From Vitrella brassicaformis CCMP3155 (taxonomy: Eukaryota > Protista > Chromerida): a stretch of DNA of 64,000 nt. The notes under the pieces were generated by a model, which searched no databases, was not told the DNA's origin, and worked only from the letters and a program-made list of their open reading frames with translations. The stretch is taken from NCBI GenBank assembly GCA_001179505.1, contig CDMY01000224.1, positions 1 through 64,000 on the forward strand. The letters run 5' to 3'. This document shows positions 49,518-61,435 of the stretch, one piece after another (the first letter of the stretch is position 1; every line of letters begins with the position of its first letter). The translations under genes and the position numbers were made by a program.

Positions 49518-51944
49518 ATGCCGCATGAGGCAACGAAGGCAACATCTCGAGGGCCGGCCATGAGTGAGGCGGCTCCGAAGCGGCGGAGGACGGCGACGGA
49601 CGGCGAGGGTGCAGACGGGGAGGCCAAGGCGGACGCCAACAGCCCGCAGCAGCAGGGCACTGCACTGCACACTATAGACGTAGAGGCCTTTGCACAGCGC
49701 TTCAGCCAAATCGTAAGTCAATGCCAGGGGAAGCAAGCAACACAGCACTCACTCTGATCTTTCTTCTCTGGGTGGTCTGGTATGGTGTGCGCGTTGCTCA
49801 TTCAGGCTGCTGTGGTGGGGTACGTCTTCTCGTTCTTGTCACTGCACCTGGTAGCGCAGCTGCCCCAGCGGCTGTGGCGTCATGTCGGCGTACAGATCAC
49901 GCGGCTGACGGTCGACTTCTACGACACGGATGAGCGTCGCTTCTGGTGCCGCCTGTCGTTCGCTGACGCCTTCGCGTGGGGGCGGCGCCTCAGGCAGCTC
50001 AAGCACATGGCTCTCCGCTATCCCAGCCACGTGCCCCACTTGTCTCTCTACAATGCGGGTCTGCACTCGACGGTGAGGGACACCCTGACGGCAGTGGTCG
50101 AGGGGCACTGTGATGGGTCAAAACCGAACGCCACTCTCGAGTCCATCGAACTCATCCCCCCTGACGCACAAGGTGCCCCGAGCCCGTGAGATGTGTTTGC
50201 AAGTGAATACGTACTTCTATGCGTGCACACGTAGGTGGTCACGGGAGCGAGTTTCTACGGAGCATCGACGCGGACGAGATGCAACAAGTGACAGCCATTG
50301 GAAGGGACTTCAACTTGACCCATTGGAAGCCCCCTGAGGTCGATCCTCCCCCTACTACGCTCGCGTCTCTCACCTCCATCACGGGCGTCGAAATGGATGC
50401 CGCACGCAGCTCGAGTGACCGCATCTGTCCCGGCAGCGGGCGGCAGTGGGACATGCCGTCGCTCGAGAGGGTGTGTGATTTCCCGGTCAAGGTGCCGTTG
50501 GTCCTCGACCTGTACACCATCCTACATGCCGGATGGACGGGGAGACGTTGGGAGAGCTGGTGGCGACGTCACGACGCTTGAGGGAGCTGGATGTGTGGAT
50601 CGATCCCGATGAGTTAGCTGATGCATTGGAGGCCATCCCCGTGCCAGCAGAGGGCGGTGGGCAGTCGGGCCCTCTCTCGCGGCTCGAGCACATCGGCACT
50701 CTCACCTTTGGTTCCGGTGATGGTCCTTTCAGCGAAAAGTGGGCCCTCAGCATCGGCGAATGGACGGCCGCATTGCAGCGCTTGCAGGTGTGTGCGACGG
50801 GAGGCAGGCAATATCAGTTCGCAATGGTCATGCGCTGCCCTCACGGTTTCTGCAGACGGTTCTTGTCGATCGTGGGTGCCGCTCCATCAAGATGCTGAAT
50901 GTGCGTTTTGAGTCTGATGTCTACTTCCATATCTTCGCGGCCCTGTCGGCCATCGAGACCTTCACGCGCACCGTGTGTCTTAGCCCCGACATCCCAGTCA
51001 ACATCACCGAGATGCCACTTGTGGACGACTTTGAAACCTTCTTCGACATGTCCCTCCTATGTGCCGTCCCCACTCGCCCGTCTCCCTCCCCCTTTGTCCA
51101 GAGGCACCTCCAGCAGCTGGCGGCCGACACACTGAAGGCGTGCTTTGTCGTCCGTCCCGAACACTTCACCGACCCCCTCGACACGCCAAACACTTCACCG
51201 ACCCCCTCGACACGCCAAGCCCCGCTGCAGCCGCCCTTGCCCAGTCCATGACATTCCTGAAGGCGGAGCAAGTGCAGGTCTTCAAGCATGACGGTGGAGA
51301 CTGGCATCCTGACGCTCAGGCCGAGCCGCCCAATCCCGCTGTGGTCGACCAGCTGCCCGACGGCGCATTCCCCGCCGCATCACAACTCTATATCTGCTGG
51401 AGGGAGGGCCATGTGGTCGGCAAGAAGCTGGCGTCGAGGATGCCGGCGCTGAGAGAGATCGAGGTGCGTGAGGCAATGGAGGCGGATGCGGTGGGCGTGC
51501 TGGAAGCAGTGGGCAAGGCTGAGCATTGCGGCGCTTTGAGGTCTTCGTTATGCAGGCTGTGAGCGAGGAAGGGCTGCGGTGGGGAGACAGAGCTGAGGAG
51601 CTGCCGACCATCGAACGGCTGCATATGTGCGTTGACGGTGAGCTGCAAAAAGTGTCTTTGATGTACTCCGTCCCTACTGTCTTCTCTTCACTTCAGTACC
51701 TCACGACTTGGGCGATGGCGAAGCCGCTGGCGAGTTCGGCATCTCTTGTGTGCCGTCTCTGCTCAAGATCCGCGGCCTCAAAGAGCTCAAGTTCTGGCTG
51801 TTGCCTTCCGCTGCCTTCAAGCGGCTGGTGGAGGAGCGCACACACGGCGACAAGATCGAGGGCCTCCCTGGACGCTTCGGGACAATCAAGTGGACGGCAG
51901 GGATGAGTGTGGCATGCCTGGAGCTGAAGCCAAAGCCCATCTAG
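49518..51944 (+). pseudogene. Frameshifted member of a lineage-expanded hypothetical family
   Basis: Protein-like text switches frame at about 50530 (LHAG to MDGETLGELV), at an exact 29-bp tandem duplication (51161-51218) and at about 51525 (KAE to LRRFEVF). Exons otherwise have normal GT-AG introns. Confidence 0.7.
51161..51218 (+). repeat. Exact 29-bp tandem duplication
   Basis: acacttcaccgaccccctcgacacgccaa occurs twice in direct succession. Confidence 0.97.
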
Positions 51945-52453
51945 GTACGGCGCGACCATGCTGTTTGTGTGGCGCCGTGTCGGGCCCTTATTTGTTTTTT
52001 TTGGTGTCGGTGAGTGAGTGTCGCCGTCACTGACAGCAAAGTGCATTGCCAAATCAGTAGCGGTGGTGCTAGGTTGCACTTTACTTTGTTATTGTAGGGT
52101 GGCGTGTGGTGCGCGTGGGGTGCGATGGGCTGACTGCCTTGCCCACTTGTTTGTCGCTGCCTGCTGACTGCCTCGATATCGTGCTTTCCATGTGCTGCAT
52201 GATCTGCATGACATGCTGACATGCTGATGACATTATCCGACCCTGTCTGTGGGTCGCATTCAACAATGAGACAAGTCAAGTCTTCCGCCAATGGATATCA
52301 TCACCCATATGTACACATCACCGATACACATACCTAGATACAGAAGACGAGAAACCGGCAGGCGACCGAATTGGCATACTAATCATCATCATTCGACTAA
52401 GAAATGCTCACTACATGCACCGATCCGTGCATCTACTCATCCCCCAGCCCCCG

Positions 52454-55400
52454 TCAGTCTGTGGTCACTCTGACATCACTCAGCGAGTCGGCATGGACGG
52501 CATCCATGCCACAGGCGGGGCACCGCAGCACCGCATAACGACGCACCTCAGGCACCGGCCTGCCCGCCCCCTCCAGCCGCTCCTTCTCGGCCTTGGCCCT
52601 CTTACTCGAGAGAGAGGTGGGGAGAGAGAGGTGGGGATGTGTCTGTCGGTGTATGTTCGTGTGTGTATGGCGTACGAATGTGATGACGGGAGGATGAGTA
52701 TCGTCGCGACACGCCACACAGCTGCCCCTCTCAACGGCTGCATTACCATTGCTGGTGGCCGGGGGTGGCTGCTGCTGCTGGGGGACCCCCTCGAGCAGCG
52801 CTACTTGCTTGCCTGCCTCGTGTGAGAGGTCGCGAAGTGCTTTTTGAGCATGCTTGATGTCCTGCTTGAAGGCCTCGATGGCGGCAGCAGTCTTGACCAA
52901 CGCAAACGATCCACTGTCAACCTGACGACAACCGGCAAGATGACACAGACATGTGTGCATTGTGTGGATGTGTTTGCATTTCTCTGTCAGTCACCCCCCC
53001 ACCCACCCACCCAGTGGCGGTTTGGTTGCGCATTGCAGTGTACTCGCGCTGGAGGGGCTGCAGCACCGCCTCTAGGGATCTACATTCTACGCTCACCGTC
53101 GCGATGGCCTCCTCCAACCTGCACATCCAACACACACAGGCACCAACGAAGTGCTGCGCCCTGCTGGCCAGATCAGCATAGCTGAGTTGGCTCGCTCACT
53201 CTCGTAGCGTGACATTCAGTTTGTGGTGCATCTGGCGCAGCTCCGCCTCTGTTGACGGCAGCGCCTGTTGCGAATGAACGGGCGACGGCCTGCCGGACAC
53301 ACACAGTGATAAGGTAAGCGTTCAGATGACGGCCATTCGCTTTCCGTTATCCCTCACCCAGCAGCAGGAGGCTGTGTCAAGGAGAATGCAGTGGCGCCTT
53401 GGTTGAGGAGGGGAGAGTTGTCAGGGAGAGGGAGGGGCTGCCCTGGTGGTAGTGCCTTGGCGCCCATGGCCATATCATACAGCGTGTCGAGCCGCTGGTC
53501 CTCCTCCCTGATGCGCGTCTCGAAGGCACGCACCTCAGCCGATGTCTTCAAGGCAAACAACGCGTCACGAGTCAACCTGACCGAACACAGGACACACACA
53601 CAGAATGACTAACGGCTTCATTCTCCCGTCTGTCTGTGCTGATTGCATACTCGAGGGGCACGCTACTCTTCAGTGTGTCGAATGCCTCGCTCAGCTGCTT
53701 GGTGCGCTCCTGCAGACTACAGCAATGCTGCAACAGGGCAGCGTTCTGCGACTCGAGACTGCACGCATGACATACACGCGTCGACACGATGAAGGTCCGT
53801 GTGCCCTCCTCTCTTGCTCTCACCGGTGTTTGTTCGCTATGGCGTCCCTCACATCGCTCTGCAGCTGTGCGACCACCTTGGCAGCCTGTTCCTCGGCAGC
53901 CCTCCTAGTCACAGCGCCTGTGTCCTCGCCACCATCCCCCTGGTGTCCCCCCGATGGCTCCCTCTCCCACTCTGTCCAGGCGGCTTCCATCTCGCCCCAA
54001 GTGGAATCATGGGTACCGACTGATGCACCACTGGGTCCTGATTGAGCGAGAGACTGCTGTGGTGGGACAGGGACGGGCTGGCTGATGGCACCGGCGGGCT
54101 GAATGAAGGGTAGAGAGGCCCCCCAGTGTCGTCGCCTTGTGTCTGCCTGCGGCGCCTTGAAGGTGGTGGTGGTGCCGCTCTCCTTGGGGGCTTCGTGTGT
54201 GTGGTGTGCGGCAGGGGGCTGTGGCTGGGGACTGGGCGCATGCTCCTGCACCAAACATAGCGGGGCAGGAGGCTCCTTCTCTGCTGCATCCTTCTTGTCA
54301 TGGCGATCTTCGTGTGACGGGTTCGCGGGCTCAGGTGAACAGGCCGGGCCGCCAGCAGACGAAGCAGAAAGTGACTTGGCTGACAGGGATATGCTCCTGA
54401 TAATGTCGCGGCTGACATGGCTGCCAACGCTGATCTCGTCGGTCTTTGTCTCTCCCTCCTCGCGTTCGTGAGCATCACCCCCACTGCCGTCAGGCCCACC
54501 AGAAGTACTATCATCAAGTGGGGAGGCCGGTGACGCAGAGCTTGACGACGCAGAAACCGCCTCCTGTGGGGATGCCGATGAGGCCGACGGCTCGGCCTTC
54601 CACGATGCCGCCTTCTTGCCCTTCTTCTTGCGACCTCTCGACACCAGTCGTGCAGTGGCGAGCGCCGCATGTGTCGCCTCCTCATCAAGCCTCGTCTCAT
54701 CCGCCGCGCCGCCGGCGTCAGCTCGGTCACTAACATTGTCTCTCTCGCTAGTCGTGGTCGGAATGGGGGCAGCGGCGGCCGAGTATGACGCATTGGGTGG
54801 TGCAGCTTGTGCTAGTGGGAACGAAGGAGTGGTGAGATGCCTGTCAGATCTCTGACGCTGTTTGCCGCCCGCAGCAGTGGGTGTCCGTGCTCGCGTCGCT
54901 GCCTCTTCAGCCACCAGCTCGTCAGCCACCTGTCGGGCTTCTTCCTCCCTTCTGCGTAGCCGCATTGCCTCTGCGTCAGCCCACCACGACTGGAAGCGCC
55001 TCAGCACGGGAGGGTCGGTGTTGTAGAGGAGCAACAGCACAGGCGCGACGCACACCAAGGCGACAAAGCTCCAGTACAGCACGACCCCGACGCACACCAA
55101 GGCGACAAGAAATCCCTGAGAAATGTGAAATGATCAGCGTCATTCACCTTGCGTGCATCCATCCATCCATCCCGTTGGAAGCATTCACAAAGGGTCTGTT
55201 TTGCCAACGTACGGTGGACTGTGAGGGCGCGATCGAGTTGGACGATCCCGTGTAAGTCTGCTTGGCAGTCCGGTTCTCAGAGCTGCTGGATTGATGAGAG
55301 CATCCACACAGTGCAGGAGACACGTGCTTCTGGGTGACCGCCCACCTGTTGCCTTGCAGGTAGAGGTGCCACGTGGCCCGGTCGATGGACAGAGTACTCA

Positions 55401-58400
55401 GCAGTGATGCGTACTGGATACACCGCACCAACACAAAACATCGATGCACATGGATTTGTCCGTGTCTGGTATCCCGCTGCGCGTGTGAACTCGTACCATT
55501 TCACGGGTACTGATTGTGACATCCGCGAATTCGTATACGACGTTGGTCCCGACCGCATGGTTCACCATCGCGCGCACGCAGCCCTCCTGAAATATGCCCA
55601 TCGATGAATGAGCACCGTAGCCAGTGGCTCTCCCTAACCTCTTCCACAAGCTGCTTGATTCGAGTGCTGCGCTCTTCAGTGCCCCACTCGACATACCTGG
55701 CAAAAGACAATACGATGTCTTTTGTTGCGATCTCTGTTATGTATTTGTCGCCGACCGAAAGAGCCCTTCGAAAGTGTAGCCAGCCACGACGGCTGAGACA
55801 TGGCCCGACCCCAAGCTGCGACACAAGAGCGGGAGAACACCGTGATCTACAAGGAGGGAGAGCTGCATATATGACAGACACGCGACATAGATCCATCCAT
55901 GGGTCATCTCTCAATTCTATTCATTGATGAACGTACCTGATGGCTGCTTGCTTCCGTTACAAGTGAGATCACGAATTTGATGACGTCAAGGTCCCTACTG
56001 CAACTCGCCGACTTGGGGTCGTCGGCGAGTCGCATGAGATGCCCCACAATGCCGGCACCGAAGATCTCCTCCATATACGCGTGCTGCTCTGAGCACATGT
56101 CCACACAAACAGACATCAGCAAATGAGTGTACGAATGCCTGTCTAGTTGTCGGTGTGTGTGTCTTCGTGTCTGACTGACCTTGAGCGCTCAGCGACGCAG
56201 CGTTAACAGAGACGAGGAAGTGTTGGAAAGCTGTCAGGGTGTTATGGTACAGCAAGCAATCATGAGTAAACGGAGGCGACAGGATCCTCTCGCATTCGGT
56301 GAGGAAGTCGCCCTCCCGCAGCTGCAGCTGCACCTCCCGCAGATCTTCCGCATTGGCTGCCAGGGACAAATGGCTGCGATGCGCCGTCCGTAGATCGAGC
56401 GTTGTGATGTGCCTGTGTGCCTGTGCTCTGCGGCTGACCTGAGGTGCTCCTTAGGATATTGGCTATTGCCCCCATGGCGCTGAGGATCTCTTTCACTCTG
56501 ACCCTCTCGCTGCCTTTGAGCGCCTGCACCAGCAGCGGCACGACGCCATGACTCAGGAGTTCATCGAAGCCGTCGTGATGCTCCGTAACGTTGAAGATGA
56601 GCATCAGCGTGTCGAGGGCAGGCACGATGGCGTCAACGTGCGACCCCTGTAGCTCCCGCGACGCGCCGACTGTGCGCTTCAGGAAAGCGGCCAGTCCGGG
56701 TATCACATCTATCCTGTAAACGAACGACATCGCACATGTGCATCATCGACCTGTCCATCCGTCTGTTCAGATCCTTACCGTAAGAGTGCCCGCACCCCAT
56801 CAATGCCGGTAAATGCCACGTTCAGCAGTGCTCGTATGGCCTCCAGTTGCAAGCCCGGTCGCTTGAAGTCAAGCATGAGTTCCTTCACGTCGTGCAGCTC
56901 GGCAAGCTTGGACGTGAAGCCCTTGTTGTTCTTGACGCTTGAGCGAATCTCCTTGACAGCAGCCAGATCGTCACCCACGTCGGCGGTGTGCTGTCCACGG
57001 CACTTGACTAAGTTCGTGAAGTGGGCTGACCGAAAGGGTATCGGACATGGTGGGGTCGGCTCTCAGCTTCCTGAGAGCGAGGACGACACCGGCCTGCAAG
57101 GGAAGAGCAGGCAGGTGAGGGAGGTGGTGCGATGCTGCGCTGCGCTGCGTACATGCTCCTGGATGTTCTCGTCTGGGTCGTCTGCGACTCTTCTGATGGC
57201 ATCTTCGAACGCGTCCTGCAATGCACCCACACACGTGCGGTGTTTCTGTCACGTTGGCGCCTCTCTGTTCTTCGCACCGACCTTGCTCATCCGCTGTATA
57301 ATGGCTTTGCCCGCCTCGCTTGTCTCTTCCACCATCCTGCACCACCCAAACCATGTAATATGCCGCCCCTCTGTCGTCTGCGGCCTACGTACAGCAGCCT
57401 CGCGAAGGTCAGCAAAGAAGTATCAACAGATGAAAAATCCATGGCGTCGAGCGCGCGATATACGCTCTCTATGCAACCCTGCTCCACCATGTACAACACC
57501 TGCAAGGACGCACACGACACCAATTTGTCTGCACATCCTGAGGCTGATTCTGCAAGCCGCCTCGCCCACCTGAGTGTCATTGCCGATTGGAGTGCCCAGC
57601 AACGATCGAGACGTCCACCCGAGTAACACATGAAGTTCGTCGGCCGCCGGTTTGTCCATGCTTGTGTCCCGTGCGATTCTCCTGTCGAGAGCCCTCAGCT
57701 GAGGCACCAAATTCGCAGCGATGATCTTCTCAATGACCATGGCGCCGCCCGCTGCGAAAGGTATGAGAGAAGGGGATGCAGAAAAGCAATCAGTACTTGC
57801 TTGGCGCGCACCTTCGATACAGTTCCCGATGACATGAACGGCATCTTTCACGTCGCGCTGCCATTTCTCGTCGGGGGAATTCTGGCTCATCGTTGCCAGC
57901 AGCATTGTGAGAGAGCGGAGGAGCTGCCCCTCGTCGACAAGCTGCTTGATCACGCCCGCCCGCTTCTCCTCTGGGACGAGAGCTGAGTCGAACAACACTG
58001 TCACACACACCGACACACACACACACACACACACGACACAACGATGGTGGACGCGCAGCGCAAGACTGGGAGGCCGCCTACCTGTGTATTGAAGGAGAAG
58101 ACTGAGTGCCGCCTTGGCGACTTGAGGGGCCGTGTGGCCGAGCAGCGCAACGATGGGGCGAAGACCACCAACACCAATCAGCTCATCGAAGGAGGTATGA
58201 AATGTAACCGGCACCAGCTTGTCCAGTGCGAGCACCAGCGTCGCCGCACGCACGTCGCTGCTGCTGAGAAGCTTGACAACAGCCGAGATGACATCTTTCC
58301 TGCAAAACAAAGAAACGGACAAAAAGCATCAGAAGCCATCCTGATACATCACGTGCCATACTCCTTGTCTACCGAGTCGATGGATCAAGGCCTGTGATGG

Positions 58401-58551
58401 TCTTGCTGTGCAGCTTCTGGGCGGCTTCTCGTCGAAGGCCGAAGCCAATCAGCGACTCGATGAGATCTTGCTCTACTGGGGCGTCTCCACTTGCATCCAC
58501 TGGCCTCAAAGTGAGCAGCGCGCCCGTCAGCAAGACGGGCAAGAGCTCCAT
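52454..58551 (-). CDS. Signal peptide + importin-alpha-like ARM repeats + TM + low-complexity/coiled coil + degenerate C-terminal RING
   Basis: MELLPVLLTGALLTLRPVDA signal. ARM-like GGLRPIVALLGH, EQGCIESVYRAL, QLEAIRALLNVA, HGVVPLLVQAL and GAGIVGHLMRL. TM GFLVALVCVGVVLYWSFVALVCVAPVLLLLY. CVAC...CPAC at the C-terminus. The junctions I checked are in frame, including ACC|gtacgt...ctcag|GGA into the TM exon. Confidence 0.6.
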
Positions 58552-58716
58552 GGTCCGCAGTCAACCAGATCTCCTGGCTTTATCTACATCATGGCACTTG
58601 TAGGTACGTGACCGGCCGAAGCGCTCATTCATCGCCCAAAATCAACTTAGGATATCCGAGCGAGTTTACATTCATTATTCTTCATTCACTGCTTTTGTGC
58701 TTCGTTTCTGTGCACG

Positions 58717-61189
58717 ATGTCGTCTGGCGGTGGCAAGTTGTTTGAGCAGCCGTGCCAGGGCATCCCCGACGAGCTGCTGGCCAACGTCGGCGGCACCTTC
58801 ATCAGCGACGAGATGCGGTGTTCCATCTGCTCGTGGCTCGTGTGGGTGCCCGTCATCACCGAGTGCGAACACATCTACTGCCGCTCATGCCTTGAGAGAT
58901 GGCTCGCACGGTCGGCAAGATCTGAGCAACTGAAAGGAAGTGCTCTTCAGTGCATGTGTGTCTGCCATGCGTCTGTCCCGCAGGTCTCGCTCGTGCCCGA
59001 CGTGCCAGAAGCTGCTGACGGGTGCGTCGTGTGTGCAGCCGCTGGAGCAGGCCAACCGTCTGCTGTATCGCATGATAGGCAAAATCAACCTCAAGTGCAA
59101 GTCAGTCAGTCAGATGGACGAAGAAGGACGAAAAACACGAACTCATCTCATTGGCATTGGCATGGTGTTTGCGTGTGACCTTCCTGCAGACACTACGGTC
59201 TGTCGATGGGGAAGAAAAACCACAATGGCTCTCATGTTCTATGCATTGACTTTGTTCCATCTGTCAGACGACCGTGTAGCGTTTGAGAGCGCCGCATCCA
59301 ACACGCAGACCAAGACACGGACCGGCTGCGAATGGTCCTCACACTCACGTCATCGAAACCACACATGCCTTCCTTCCCGTTCCGTGTGTGCAGGAAGGGT
59401 GCCTACAGTGACTATGCCGCACACCTCAACAAATGCGTGAGGCGGGCGGGCAATGTGTGTGCATCTCCACACCCGGCGCACGAGAGGTTACCTCGTTGGC
59501 TGGTCTGAGGTGTCCACGTGCAGGACTGTGAGTTGCTCAAGTGTGTGAATGCCGGTTGCCCCAAGGCCATCCCTCGCGGCCATTATCACTACCACATCGC
59601 CAAGTGTCCCTATCAGCGCAAGAAATGCAGATTCTGCGGCAAGTCAGTGGCACGCATACACCCCTGCCCCCTCACCCACACAAAGACACAAGGCCTCCAT
59701 TTGTCCGTTGCTGTGTCATTTGTGTCGTCAGGTTGGTCGAGGCTGTGTCGCTGGAGGCGCATGCGTCGGAGTGTCACAAGGACATGCTCATCAAACACAA
59801 AGACAAAATCCAAACACTCGAAGCCAAAATCAACAAGTCAACGAACACGAACATTAAGGACAGTGTGAATGGGCCTCTGTGTGTGTGTGACTCAGGGTTG
59901 AGGAGGTGCAGCGCGAGAGCACGTCTGCGAGTGCTGCTGCCGCCCGTCTGCCCCCGCCCCCGTCGCCCTCCCCTCAGCAGCAGGAGGGATACGTGCTCTG
60001 GGAGATCGGCGATGTCTTCACCAAAGCACAGACAAGTCTGTGTGGGGGGATGGATGGGGTGGGGAGACATCATTGCAAGACTGATATGTCTGTGCATGTG
60101 CAGCCAATTTGATCCTGTCTCCTCGGTTCCAGCTGTCCGGCCATTCCTTGTTTGCATCGCTACTCATCGAAGAGAACCCGCTGTCGCTCAAGTAAGTGAC
60201 AATTGTGCAGCCAGAGAGACGGATGATGTGGCGATGGGCTGCCTGGGGGGAATGCGTGTGTTGTGTGTGTTGTGTCCAGGGTGTCGCTGCATCATGTCTC
60301 GTACCATCAGCGGGCGGCGGCACAGGAAAACACCATGCCTGCCCGGACGCCGCGGCAGACGGTGAGGAGGGAAACAAGGAAGTGACAGGACCCCACCCCA
60401 CATCTTTGTCATGTGTGTGTGTGAAGGTACCTGTCAAGACACCTGCTCGTTCGCCAGTGAGTGCGTCGCACAGCACGCCCAACACCAAGGGCCCTGCCGA
60501 CGTGAGCAGCATCTTCTACCATCTCATCGCCGCACAGCAGTCATCCTCCACACACCACCAACACACCGGTAGGTCAGCCGGCCGCCAGTTGAGTTGAGTG
60601 TTGTATGAGTAAGTGTCGGTGTGTGTGGATGCAGTAAGTGACAACAAGCGCCAGCTGCGTGGGCTTGAGGACTCGCGCGACCACAATGACCCAATCACTT
60701 TACGCAGGCACAAGACAGCGGAAAACAACACCCATGTCTCTCTCTCCCTGTGTGCCCTGTCATGTGTGGATGATCAGAAGAAGGCCAGGTGTGGCGATGG
60801 CGGTGTGCCAGAGGACGAGGCGACGTATCGCATCAGCTTCGACATCACACTCGTACACCCGGCTGACGATCGACACAGCGTCATCAAGAAGGTGAGGGAG
60901 AGTAAAGATGACATACAGGGAGAGACATGCACATCCCTCTCTCTCTCTCTGTGTCTGTCTGTGTCAGGTTGAGTCGTTTTCGATGACGCGTTCGGTGGAG
61001 CCCTTCTGCCTTTTCGCCTTCAAAGGTGAGCCGAGAGGGGTGTCTTTCCTTTCCCTGTATGCGGCATTGTCGCTTTGTGTGCGCGGTGCAGACGAGGCCT
61101 CGTTGCTGCACTTTGTGGATGAGAGCGGTGTGCTGCGGGTGGTGCTGTCTTGCCTCCGCGTCCACCCCGGCATTCTCATCTTCTCGTGA
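58717..61189 (+). CDS. TRAF-like protein: RING, TRAF-type Zn fingers, short coiled coil, split MATH-like domain
   Basis: C3HC4 RING CSICSWLVWVPVITECEHIYCRSC...CPTC. Zn fingers CEWKGAYSDYAAHLNKC and CVNAGC...HIAKCPYQRKKCRFC. MATH-like YVLWEIGDVF...LSPRFQLSGH and later ISFDITLVHP...GVSFLSL...HFVDESGVLRV. Confidence 0.78.
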
Positions 61190-61435
61190 AAGAAGGACCG
61201 AGTGACACACACACAGACAGACAGACGGACAGACAGACAAACCGAAGGAAGACCCAAACACAGCACAGCCGATCGATCAACACACTGACAGACCGATGGA
61301 CAGACAATTTTGACCCAATCCATGTCTCAGCTCATGAATGAGTCCATGTGTGTATCGACACGTCCAGACAGACATAGAATGTCCAAAAGTGCACACACCC
61401 CCATCCATCCATCCATCCATCGATCCCATCCCGTC

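Noticed and set aside
24420-58580. AGATCT recurring in several divergent promoters
   Set aside because: The hexamer is also common in coding exons (GAG ATC T), so enrichment cannot be claimed by eye.
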